From: Gulosibacter massiliensis
GTDB lineage: Bacteria > Actinomycetota > Actinomycetes > Actinomycetales > Microbacteriaceae
Assembly (NCBI GenBank): GCA_943369205.1
Contig: CALRMP020000003.1
Span: forward strand, 17-64,016
Length of the DNA stretch: 64,000 bases
Direction: 5' to 3'
Shown piece after piece: positions 26,360 through 35,084 of this stretch. The notes under the pieces are model-generated. The model saw only the letters and a program-made list of their open reading frames with translations. It made no database searches and was not told the origin of the DNA. The position numbers and the translations under genes were made by a program. Each line of letters begins with the position of its first letter. The first letter of the stretch is position 1.

Positions 26360-27234
26360 TGCGAATCCTTATCGGCGACGTGAACGGTGCCAACGGCAAG
26401 CCGGGGCATCTGACGTTCGAGCACGGGTGATCCCGGCAGCATCGCTTCGACGTTGCCGGAAGGATCCACCACGGACCCGCTCCCACCGTGGTACAACCTG
26501 CGCCCGTCGTATCCGGTCATGTTGACCGCCGCGAAAGCCCGTCGGTACCGCACCGACGACGTGACGGCTTGAGCGGGGAAGGCGTGCTCCGTTGAGCGGG
26601 CGACGTGGTCGGCGAGACGCGCCGAGTCGTTGAGTTCTCGTTCTGAAACGGAGCCCTCGCGTGTGCCACCCGCGGCCGTCGGCAGCAACAGAAGTTCAAC
26701 GCCGAGCCGTTCGAGAATCTCGTCAAGTCCGCGCACGCCGAGATCGGCGCAGATGACAATCGCCGCAGTGACTCCGGCCACGTCGAAGACCTCGAAGTGA
26801 CTGCACCCCTCTGGCACATGACCGATCTCTTCCGTGTCGTCGAAGTAAAGCTCGACGCTGGGGTCGAGGGGGCTTTCGAGTGGCGTGACCCGATGCTTGC
26901 GCTGAGAAACGAAGTGCCCGTCAGGCCACACGGCATAGTGAGCGAGGAATCGTTGTGGTCCGTCAGCCTCGACGTAGCCGGCAAGGATGACGAGCTTGTA
27001 CTGTGCCGCCATCGCCGCGATTGCGCGATAGATGGGGCCATCGCCAGCACGCTCTGCGGTCGCGATCACGTCGGGGTACCCGCCGTACCCACTCGCGCTC
27101 ATCTCGGGGGTGAGGAGAAGATCGGCGTCGAGCGCTGCGGCCTGTCGAGCGAGCGTGTCGATCTGCTCCAGGTTTCCTTCCACGTCACCGGGAAGAGAGT
27201 ACGTTGACCCGATCGCGATGGTGAGGTCAGTCAT
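26356..27234 (-). CDS. Carbon-nitrogen hydrolase (nitrilase-superfamily amidase)
   Basis: Starts MTDLTIAIG, with an ATGA overlap to the upstream HEAT gene. Apparent Glu-Lys-Cys triad contexts are LLLTPEMSASGY, SQRKHRVTP and AAIVICADLG. Confidence 0.8.
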   Translation of the reverse strand: MTDLTIAIGSTYSLPGDVEGNLEQIDTLARQAAALDADLLLTPEMSASGYGGYPDVIATAERAGDGPIYRAIAAMAAQYKLVILAGYVEADGPQRFLAHYAVWPDGHFVSQRKHRVTPLESPLDPSVELYFDDTEEIGHVPEGCSHFEVFDVAGVTAAIVICADLGVRGLDEILERLGVELLLLPTAAGGTREGSVSERELNDSARLADHVARSTEHAFPAQAVTSSVRYRRAFAAVNMTGYDGRRLYHGGSGSVVDPSGNVEAMLPGSPVLERQMPRLAVGTVHVADKDSQ

Positions 27235-27809
27235 GAAGAGGCTCCCAGCATGTCTAGAGCTTTGCGCGACTCGACAGTGAGGCACCACTCATCAAGCGTT
27301 ACGGCGAACTGAAGATGCGGGATCGCGTCGGAATCTCCTACGCGACCGAGGGCTTTGGCGGCGGCCGCCTTCACCACGAAGTCCTCGTCCTCGCCGCGCA
27401 AGACGTCGTGCAGCAGCTTCCTCCAGGGGCCGTCTGCTGTGCCAATCGCGTAGACGGCGAGGATGCACGCTTGCCGCACCCGCCCGCGGCATTGCCAGTC
27501 ATCACGCTGGGTGGCCGTCGGCGGTGTGGCCCAAATGGCCGTTGTCGACACGAGCTGTTCTGCGGCGCGAGTGTCGTCGAAACTGCCGACGAACTCGAGA
27601 ACCTGGGGCTGACCATAGAGATCGCGCGAATCCTCGATCTCCATCATGGAACGCAAGGTGTCGAGCCACGTCGCGTCGCCGGTCTCGCCCATTCCGATCG
27701 CGGCCGCGTAGCGCACGCGCCAATTCGGGTGGCTGGAGTTCTCGGCCATCGCGTCCGGATCGATCAGCACGCGTTCCATGAGCTCGTAATCCCCGCCGAT
27801 CTCGCTCAT
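27231..27809 (-). CDS. HEAT-repeat protein
   Basis: 192 aa. Repeats of the type NWRVRYAAAIGMGETGD and DFVVKAAAAKALGRVGDSDAIPHL fit PBS-lyase/HEAT-like repeats. No catalytic motif was recognised. Confidence 0.6.
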   Translation of the reverse strand: MSEIGGDYELMERVLIDPDAMAENSSHPNWRVRYAAAIGMGETGDATWLDTLRSMMEIEDSRDLYGQPQVLEFVGSFDDTRAAEQLVSTTAIWATPPTATQRDDWQCRGRVRQACILAVYAIGTADGPWRKLLHDVLRGEDEDFVVKAAAAKALGRVGDSDAIPHLQFAVTLDEWCLTVESRKALDMLGASS

Positions 27810-30094
27810 GCGTCACCCCCCACGCCCACCTCAAGGTTGTATGTCCGGTGATTCGTGATCACGCGCACGTGGCGGCCTGACCTCTCCACCGACTCAATGC
27901 GCTCTTCCTCCACGGAGTAGCCAATGCCCATTCCGCCGGTCAGGCCGATCGTGCCCCATCCTTCTCCGTCGTAATGGCCGCGCGGCACCGAGAGAGCGAC
28001 GACGACCTCGACGCGATCTGACGTGTCGAAGCGCTCAGGAATACGAACACGGGGGGCGATCAGTTCGCCCGAGACGCGGAAGGCGGAGAGGTCGACCTCG
28101 TCGCCGTCGAAGAAGAGACGCGCATCGTGCATTCCGACGGGCAAGCGCAACCAGCTCGCCTCACGTTTCTTGGCGAGCACGATGCGGTACCACCACCTTT
28201 GTGTGGCGGGCAGGTCCGCTTCGAGGTAGGCAGGCAACTGCATCGCGACGCGAGTCGAGGTGGCGCTCAGAGCCACTACGGCCTCGTCGTAGGTGAGATT
28301 GGCCTCGATGTCGGGGACGACAGACACTGGCCCGACGGACGCTTCTGCCTCGAACACTCGCGAGGTCAGAGCGACGAAAATGCGTTCAACGTCGGTCGCC
28401 TCGGAAGTGAAGTCAATGAGATCACTCCCGTCGTCTGGCTTCGCCGGTACGTGGTCGGCTCTCTCGATGAGCACCGTGGATGCTGCGTCGACGTCGATGA
28501 GCTGCAGCGTTACCCCCTCCGGTGTCTGAACGCGTGCTCCTCCGGGTATCAGCGATGCGCCAGGCCGCATGACGAAACGCGAGGTGACGCGATGCGGTAG
28601 CTGGGTGCGAACGCGGTCAACGATGGTCACGATGCCGCCCTCGTGGAGCTGTGTACGGCGAGACACCTCCAGCACATCTGGCATGTTCTCGCGATAGATC
28701 GGAGTGACGTCAGCCCACACCCATTCGCCACGATCGTGGGCACTCGCTGACGTCTGAGGGCCATCACCGTGAGCCCGCATCCCTTCACGGCCGTCGAGAA
28801 GGATGACGGAGTGAGCGCCAGCGCACCCGTCTCCGAAGTTGTATCGATGGGAACTGTCCATGGCGAGGAAGGAGACTTCGCGCCACGTGTCGTCGAACTG
28901 AAACCTGTGGCGTGCGCCCTCCGTTGGCGACCCGTCTGCCGAAATCGGAACGCGATAGCCGCCGAACAGCACGGCGTTCGGGTTGACATGTGCCCGGGTC
29001 GGATAAACGGGCTCTGATTCGTCCCACATCTGTACGACGTAGCGATCCCCGTCGAGAGCCGAGAGGGCAGCTCCAACCTCGGGCTCGAACCAGTTGCGCC
29101 ACGCGGGATCATGCTGTGTCGAGCCGTGGGATGGCCACCAAATGAGCGTCCACACGAGGTCGTCGTAGGCCCAGCCGATTCCGATGTCATAGGTCCAAAT
29201 GACCTCGCGATCGAGCACCTGAAAGAACAGATCTTCACCGGCTCGCCGGGCGCCATAGGCGAGGCATGACCGCTCCCCAAACTGATATCCATAGTTGTCC
29301 CACGGCAGCAACAGCCCGCCCGGCATGAACGAACGCGCCATCATGCGCAACACTGCGACGGGCTCCGCGCCGTCGCGCTCGGTGGGGGTCTCGAGTACGC
29401 TCGTCAGCCCGCCGACGCGTTCCAACACCTCGACGGCGAGCGGGACAGCTGGCGCAACCACGCAGTTCATGTAGTCGCTGCCCTCGCCGGTGTACCCACT
29501 ACGGGGAAGGTCCGAGAGCATGCTCGGGAGTCGGCGGAGGCCATCGCGCTTCATGATCTCGGCCATTCGTGATGGCTTCTCGCCGCCCGAGAAGAGATGG
29601 CCGACGATTGTCGACGAGAGCACCAGTGACAGTGCCTGATTGTCGACACACTCGGGCTCGGGCTTGTCTCTCATGCCGTAGTAGAAGTTGACGAAGTGGT
29701 ACTCCACGAGCTTCTGACCGATGGTGTCTGCCTCGTCGGGGGTGTACGCCCCGATCGAGCACAGCCACTGGAAGTACAGCGCGACCTTTGCGTGAGGAAA
29801 CGCGAAGCACCAGAAGTGAAACTGGAGTCCGGTCGAGAACGACATGGGGTCAAGCTTCGAGAGATAGGCGTCGATGATGTGACGGGCCCGAGCGATGTCA
29901 CCGGAGTCGCGAGTGATGACGGCGACGAAAGGGACAAACCAGCCAAAGTCGTCTGGTGCTCGCCGCGCGCTATCGCGCAGCATTGTCCACAGTTCGAATC
30001 GACGACCGTCGGCTGGCCCGAGCGACAGCACGTCTGCGCGGAGGTCGCCAACGTTATCGAGCAGGAATGGTTCGGCGTTGACCATGTGTCTCAT
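27806..30094 (-). CDS. Large uncharacterised protein, possibly heparinase II/III-like (alpha-toroid plus beta-sandwich)
   Basis: 762 aa with no signal peptide. The N-terminal part is helical and Trp/Phe-rich. The central AHVNPNAVLFGGYRVPISADGS sits where heparinase II/III proteins have H-x-H-x-D...D-x-G. The ORF is solid; the function is tentative. Confidence 0.45.
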   Translation of the reverse strand: MRHMVNAEPFLLDNVGDLRADVLSLGPADGRRFELWTMLRDSARRAPDDFGWFVPFVAVITRDSGDIARARHIIDAYLSKLDPMSFSTGLQFHFWCFAFPHAKVALYFQWLCSIGAYTPDEADTIGQKLVEYHFVNFYYGMRDKPEPECVDNQALSLVLSSTIVGHLFSGGEKPSRMAEIMKRDGLRRLPSMLSDLPRSGYTGEGSDYMNCVVAPAVPLAVEVLERVGGLTSVLETPTERDGAEPVAVLRMMARSFMPGGLLLPWDNYGYQFGERSCLAYGARRAGEDLFFQVLDREVIWTYDIGIGWAYDDLVWTLIWWPSHGSTQHDPAWRNWFEPEVGAALSALDGDRYVVQMWDESEPVYPTRAHVNPNAVLFGGYRVPISADGSPTEGARHRFQFDDTWREVSFLAMDSSHRYNFGDGCAGAHSVILLDGREGMRAHGDGPQTSASAHDRGEWVWADVTPIYRENMPDVLEVSRRTQLHEGGIVTIVDRVRTQLPHRVTSRFVMRPGASLIPGGARVQTPEGVTLQLIDVDAASTVLIERADHVPAKPDDGSDLIDFTSEATDVERIFVALTSRVFEAEASVGPVSVVPDIEANLTYDEAVVALSATSTRVAMQLPAYLEADLPATQRWWYRIVLAKKREASWLRLPVGMHDARLFFDGDEVDLSAFRVSGELIAPRVRIPERFDTSDRVEVVVALSVPRGHYDGEGWGTIGLTGGMGIGYSVEEERIESVERSGRHVRVITNHRTYNLEVGVGGDA

Positions 30095-30948
30095 AGCTTG
30101 ACGGCCCCGGCCGTCAAGCCGCTCACGAAGAAGCGCATCGAGACGAAGAAGGCCACCAGCAGAGGAAGAGCCGCGAGGGCATAGCCGGCAAGCAACATTC
30201 CATAGTCGAGCCCGGCCGCAGACGAGAGCTTGAAGATCCCCACCGTGATCGTTCGCATCGCAGGGTCAGTCAGTGTCACGAGCGGCCAGATGAAGTCGTT
30301 CCAGATGAAGAGGATCACGTTCAGCGACATCAGCGCCACCATCGGGCGAAGCAACGGCAGAGCGAGGTGCCAGAAGATCCGAAGCTCGCTCGCACCATCC
30401 ATGCGCATCGCCTCGAAGAGCTCGCGCGGCTGGCTGTCGACGAAGGTCTTCATGACGAACACCCAGAACGGCTGGGAGGTGCCCATGCAGAACAAGGCAA
30501 TCACGAAAGGCGTGTTCAGGAGGCCGAGGTTCACCGCCAGCACGAACGAGGGCACCAGGAGCATGACGCCGGGCATGAACATCTTGATGAACAACAACAT
30601 GAACAGCGGCCGGCGGAGCGGGAACCGCAGCGCACTGAACGCGTAGCCCGCGATCGTCGCAGCGCCGACCGTGAGCACCACGCTCAGCGCGGCGTACACG
30701 ATCGTGTTGACGTAGTACGGCGCGATGTAGACAAAGGCCCGCGCATAGTTGTCCACATTGAGGGGCAATGTCGGAAGGAAGAAGTTGTCGAGGATCTGGT
30801 CGAGGTCCTTGAACGACCCGATGATCGTGAGATACAGCGGGAACAGCAACATCAGAACGATGGCTGCCATGAAGAGGTTCTTGAATACTCCGGCCGCTTC
30901 GAACCGGACCCGCCGAGGACGCCGCCGGGGTGCTTGCACAGTGGTCAT
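30091..30948 (-). CDS. Carbohydrate ABC transporter permease (MalG/LplC-like)
   Basis: 285 aa with 6 TMs and an EAA-type loop (LFEAMRMDGASELRIFWHLALP). Confidence 0.9.
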   Translation of the reverse strand: MTTVQAPRRRPRRVRFEAAGVFKNLFMAAIVLMLLFPLYLTIIGSFKDLDQILDNFFLPTLPLNVDNYARAFVYIAPYYVNTIVYAALSVVLTVGAATIAGYAFSALRFPLRRPLFMLLFIKMFMPGVMLLVPSFVLAVNLGLLNTPFVIALFCMGTSQPFWVFVMKTFVDSQPRELFEAMRMDGASELRIFWHLALPLLRPMVALMSLNVILFIWNDFIWPLVTLTDPAMRTITVGIFKLSSAAGLDYGMLLAGYALAALPLLVAFFVSMRFFVSGLTAGAVKL

Positions 30949-30951
30949 CCG

Positions 30952-31974
30952 TCAGTCCCGGTTCTTCAGGAGCTTGAGGGCGGTCAAGGAGAGCGTGAGC
31001 GCAGCGATGAACAGCATGAGGCCCAGCGCGTAGGCGTAGCCGTAGTCGGGCGCTCCGGTGTTCGGGAACGCCTTGAAGTACATCAAGAGACCGGGAGTAA
31101 TGAGGCCGTTGTGAACGGACGGGTTGTAGAAGACCAGCTGCACCGCGTAGGTCGTGATCGCCGTGCCAATGACCCCGATGATGATGAGGCGAAACTGGCC
31201 GAGGATCAACGGGAACTCGAGGTCGAAGAACTTCCGAATGGGGCCAACGCCATCGAGCTTCGCGGCATCCCAGACTTCGTCACCAATCGCCTGAATGCCG
31301 CCGAGGTAGATGAGCACGGTGTTGGCCGTGACGAAGGGGATTCCCGTGAGAAGAATCGTCCACTTGATGAGGTCGGGGTCTCCCAAGAACGGGACGCGCC
31401 CGAAACCGAGATCGTCGAGAAGCGTATTGATGGCCCCAAAGTCGTAGCCCAGGATGAAGATCCACAGCAGGGTGAAGACAAGAGCAGGAACCACCATGGG
31501 TAGGACGATGAGAACGCGGTAGAAGTACTGCAATCGTGCCCCGCGGATGCGGAACAGTACGACGGCGGTCACGATCGACGGCAGCATCAAGACGAGTGCG
31601 GCTACCAGGAAGAACATCATGTTTCCCAGCGACACGTGGAACTCCGGATCAACCAGCACACGTCGGAAGTTGTCGAAGCCGACAAACACCAACTCGGGGT
31701 TTCGATTTGTCCACGTGAAGAATGACCGCACGAACCCGTCGAGTGTCGGAATCCAGTCGAAAATGATGTTGCTGATGATCGCTGCTGAGATGAACGCCAA
31801 CCCGATCCAGTTCGATGAGCTCCGCAGGCGCTTTTTGACCTGACGCGGACTGTCATCGGGGTCAAGGTCGAGAATCAGGTACTGAACTCTTCGCCAAAAC
31901 GAGCGGGGGACGCCAGCGGACTGACGCCCCCCGTCGCTAGGGGCAGAGATGTTCGTCTCAGCCAAGTGGCTCAC
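30952..31974 (-). CDS. Carbohydrate ABC transporter permease (MalF/LplB-like)
   Basis: 340 aa with an EAA-type loop (VWDAAKLDGVGPIRKFFDLEFPL). Confidence 0.9.
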   Translation of the reverse strand: MSHLAETNISAPSDGGRQSAGVPRSFWRRVQYLILDLDPDDSPRQVKKRLRSSSNWIGLAFISAAIISNIIFDWIPTLDGFVRSFFTWTNRNPELVFVGFDNFRRVLVDPEFHVSLGNMMFFLVAALVLMLPSIVTAVVLFRIRGARLQYFYRVLIVLPMVVPALVFTLLWIFILGYDFGAINTLLDDLGFGRVPFLGDPDLIKWTILLTGIPFVTANTVLIYLGGIQAIGDEVWDAAKLDGVGPIRKFFDLEFPLILGQFRLIIIGVIGTAITTYAVQLVFYNPSVHNGLITPGLLMYFKAFPNTGAPDYGYAYALGLMLFIAALTLSLTALKLLKNRD

Positions 31975-31976
31975 TC

Positions 31977-33623
31977 TTAACGCTGCTCCGTCAGGTCGCC
32001 GGTCATGTTGTGGTAGTAGGTGTTGTACAGGTTCTCGCGCAATTGCGCGAACGCGAGAGCCCGCTCCTTACCTTCCTTCTCCTCTTCCGTGGCCGCATCA
32101 AGCTGCGCTTGCGCGTCAGCAGTTGAGGCAGCCAGGGTAGCCGAGTCGGGGATATCGGCGGCCCACTCCGTGAACGCAACCTGTTCGACGAGTTCCTCCG
32201 CCGTAAGGTCGCCGTTCAAGTACTGAGTGAAGACGACATCCCACCCAGCGCGACCCCACTCGATCACGGTGTAGCCGAGGACCTCTTGTGCGAATCCACC
32301 CTCAGGCTCACCGACAACGAACGGTTCGAGGCTCTCGACGAGTTCGACTCCGACCACAGGAGAGAACGACTGAGCGGTCTCGACGTACTTCGCCTGCTGC
32401 TCAGCGCTCGACAGGAACTGCAGGAAGTCGATAGCAACTTCGAGCTTCTCCGGGTCGTCCGCGAGGGTCTTGTTGAGCGTGAAGCCATACTCGTGGCGAC
32501 CAGCCCCACTCGCTGTTGCCGGACGGTCGACCGCGTACGGTGCAGCCGCTTCAGCCTCATCCGAGGTGATCCAACCCTTGTCCACGGCGTAGTCGAGGGT
32601 GTCCGCTCCGAAGTACGGCAACTGGAAGAGGCCGTATCCGTCGGGGAAGGTCGCGTCGCTGAGGGCACTGATGAGCGAGCCGTAGTCGGAGAAGCTCGTC
32701 TGCATCAACGCAGCCTTACCACTCGCGAACGTGAGGGTCTCGGTCTCGGGCGAGTTCTCCGTCCAGCTGTCCTGGAAGTAGCTCACGTGCTGCTTGATGA
32801 GCGCGAACATCGCTGGGTAGTACGGAAGCGAGGTCAGTGGCATCTCGGAGCCACCCGCGTAGTTGGTCAGCGTGTAGATCTTGTCGAAGAACAGGTCGCC
32901 CGACAGATCCGTGTTGCTGAACTCTTCCGCGAAGAACCGGTCGGCATACCGCTCACCGAATCCGTATCCGATCTGCGACACCTTTCCTCCGACGTCGCTT
33001 GAGCCGGCGATGGGGGCGATGTCAGCGTTGCCGTCAAGCGCCTCCATCCACTCGAAGAACTGCTTGAAGTCCTGAGGAGTCTCGTCGGGGTTCAGCCCGG
33101 CGTCCTGGACGATCTTCTTGTTGAAGATGTACATCCGGCCTGCGAAAACCTCCGGGTTTCCATCGTTCGGCACGAAGAGAATCGAGTTGGCGTTCACCCC
33201 GTTGTCTTCAACAGGGAACGCACCTTCGCCGCCCACGAAGGTGTCCATCCACAGTTCGCCTTCGCTGTAGGCGCTCTCGGCCGCGAGGTACTCGCGCAGG
33301 TCGAGAAGGTTGGGCGCGAAGGTCAAGCGTTGGCCGGACTTCATCTGAATGATGTCGGGGGCCGTGCCGCCAGCGAATCCGGTCTCGAGGATGCTGCCGT
33401 ATGAGGCGTCCTCTTCGTTCTTGATCGTGATCCGAACATCGGGGTTCGCAGCTTGGTAGTCGTTGATGGCCTGCTGGTAACCCTCGTAGTAGTTGGTGAG
33501 GGAATCAGGCCCGTGCCACGTGAGCAACTCGAGCGTCACTCGCGGTTCGGGCGCCGTGCATCCGCTCAGAGCTGTGAGCGCTAATGCAGCGCTGACAGCG
33601 AGAGCGATGGGCTTCTTGTTCAT
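31977..33623 (-). CDS. Large extracellular sugar-binding lipoprotein (LplA-like family-1 SBP)
   Basis: The signal peptide and lipobox are MNKKPIALAVSAALALTALSGC. The 548-aa size is typical of oligosaccharide-type SBPs. Confidence 0.9.
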   Translation of the reverse strand: MNKKPIALAVSAALALTALSGCTAPEPRVTLELLTWHGPDSLTNYYEGYQQAINDYQAANPDVRITIKNEEDASYGSILETGFAGGTAPDIIQMKSGQRLTFAPNLLDLREYLAAESAYSEGELWMDTFVGGEGAFPVEDNGVNANSILFVPNDGNPEVFAGRMYIFNKKIVQDAGLNPDETPQDFKQFFEWMEALDGNADIAPIAGSSDVGGKVSQIGYGFGERYADRFFAEEFSNTDLSGDLFFDKIYTLTNYAGGSEMPLTSLPYYPAMFALIKQHVSYFQDSWTENSPETETLTFASGKAALMQTSFSDYGSLISALSDATFPDGYGLFQLPYFGADTLDYAVDKGWITSDEAEAAAPYAVDRPATASGAGRHEYGFTLNKTLADDPEKLEVAIDFLQFLSSAEQQAKYVETAQSFSPVVGVELVESLEPFVVGEPEGGFAQEVLGYTVIEWGRAGWDVVFTQYLNGDLTAEELVEQVAFTEWAADIPDSATLAASTADAQAQLDAATEEEKEGKERALAFAQLRENLYNTYYHNMTGDLTEQR

Positions 33624-33877
33624 GCATGCCTCCTTGAATGCGGTTGGGGGTGAAGCGTTTGCCCGGGCACGAAGCCCAGGCCAATCCGTGAATCGGGAAT
33701 GCGGTTTCCCAGAGTTTCGGGTAGGAATCGATCGTTGTCAAGGACTCGTTGAATCTCGTGACAATTTCGCGACCCGCGCTTGTGAGGGGAGTGCAAAGAT
33801 GGCATTGTATGCGATCAGAAAGCGTTTACCCACAGTCGGGCATCAACCCGAGTTCGTACCACTGGAGGAACCTCACG

Positions 33878-35080
33878 ATGCACACCGTGCCGCGCATGCA
33901 AGAGACGACCGAGGCCCCCGCCGACAACTCTCCGCGGGAAATCGGTGTCATCGTCAATGGAGCGACGGGACGAATGGGGTACCGCCAACACCTCGTGCGG
34001 TCGCTGCTCGCGATCAGAGACCAAGGGGGTTTCGAGCTTCCCGACGGTTCTCGGGCGACAGTGCGGCCTCTCTTGGTCGGTCGTAGCGAACCAAAACTGC
34101 GGGAGATCGCTGCGCAGCATGGCATTGACGACTTCACGACTGATCTCACGTCAGCCCTGGCCGACCCTCGGTGGGAGATCTATGGCGACTTTCTGACAAC
34201 GAGAGCTCGTGCCGCAGCGATCCGCCAAGCGATCGCAGCAGGGAAGGCGATCTATACCGAAAAGCCTTCCGCCGAGACGTACCCCGAGGCGCTTGAGCTC
34301 GCACAGCTCGCGCGGGCGGCGGGCGTACGCACGGGCGTGGTGCACGACAAGTTGTATCTTCCCGGCCTGCGGAAGCTGAAGGTACTGATCGAGTCAGGAT
34401 TCTTCGGTCGAATTCTCTCGGTGCGCGGTGAGTTCGGGTACTGGGTGTTCGAGGGTGACTGGCAAGTCGCCCAGCGGCCAAGTTGGAACTATCGCGCCGA
34501 GGATGGGGGAGGAATCGTCGTCGACATGTACCCCCACTGGTGCTACGTGCTGGAGAACCTGTTCGGCACGATTTCGAGCGTCTACACGCAGTCCGCGATT
34601 CACATTCCGGATCGCTGGGACGAAGCGGGCGCACACTATCGAGCCACGGCCGAGGATGCTGCATACGGAGTCTTCGAGATTGAGGGGGGCATTGTCGCCC
34701 AGATCAACTCGTCATGGACAGTGCGAGTGCATCGCGACGAACTCGTCGAGTTTCACGTTGATGGCACGCACGGGTCAGCTGTCGTCGGCTTGTTCGGAGC
34801 GCAGATTCAGCATCGATCGGCAACGCCGAAGCGCGTGTGGAATCCCGACCTCGTCGATGACCACGACTACAGCGCTGACTGGGCCTCGATGCCCGCGAAC
34901 GAGGTCTTCCAGAACGGCTTCAAGCAACAGTGGGAAGAGTTCCTGACGGCGCATGTTCTCGGCGAGCCCTACCGCTTTGGCCTCTTGAGCGGCGCACGGG
35001 GGATGCTCCTCGCGGAGGCCGCGTTGGAGTCGAGTCGTCTCGGTCGAAAGGTCGAGATCCCTGCACTCATCGGGGAATGA
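33878..35080 (+). CDS. Gfo/Idh/MocA-family oxidoreductase
   Basis: ATG 33878 has GGAGGA 8 nt upstream. IGVIVNGATGRMG is the Rossmann motif and IYTEKP the EKP motif. The track start at 33749 is a read-through. Confidence 0.85.
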   Translation: MHTVPRMQETTEAPADNSPREIGVIVNGATGRMGYRQHLVRSLLAIRDQGGFELPDGSRATVRPLLVGRSEPKLREIAAQHGIDDFTTDLTSALADPRWEIYGDFLTTRARAAAIRQAIAAGKAIYTEKPSAETYPEALELAQLARAAGVRTGVVHDKLYLPGLRKLKVLIESGFFGRILSVRGEFGYWVFEGDWQVAQRPSWNYRAEDGGGIVVDMYPHWCYVLENLFGTISSVYTQSAIHIPDRWDEAGAHYRATAEDAAYGVFEIEGGIVAQINSSWTVRVHRDELVEFHVDGTHGSAVVGLFGAQIQHRSATPKRVWNPDLVDDHDYSADWASMPANEVFQNGFKQQWEEFLTAHVLGEPYRFGLLSGARGMLLAEAALESSRLGRKVEIPALIGE

Positions 35081-35084
35081 CGCC

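Noticed and set aside
20495-31503. Plus-strand ORFs antisense to the 12-gene operon: 20495-21235, 24125-25555, 28127-28600 and 30367-31503
   Set aside because: No recognisable motifs are present; 30367-31503 is a His/Glu/Arg/Asp-rich mirror of permease TM codons. The minus-strand products are clear families (GH116, ABC permeases and others).
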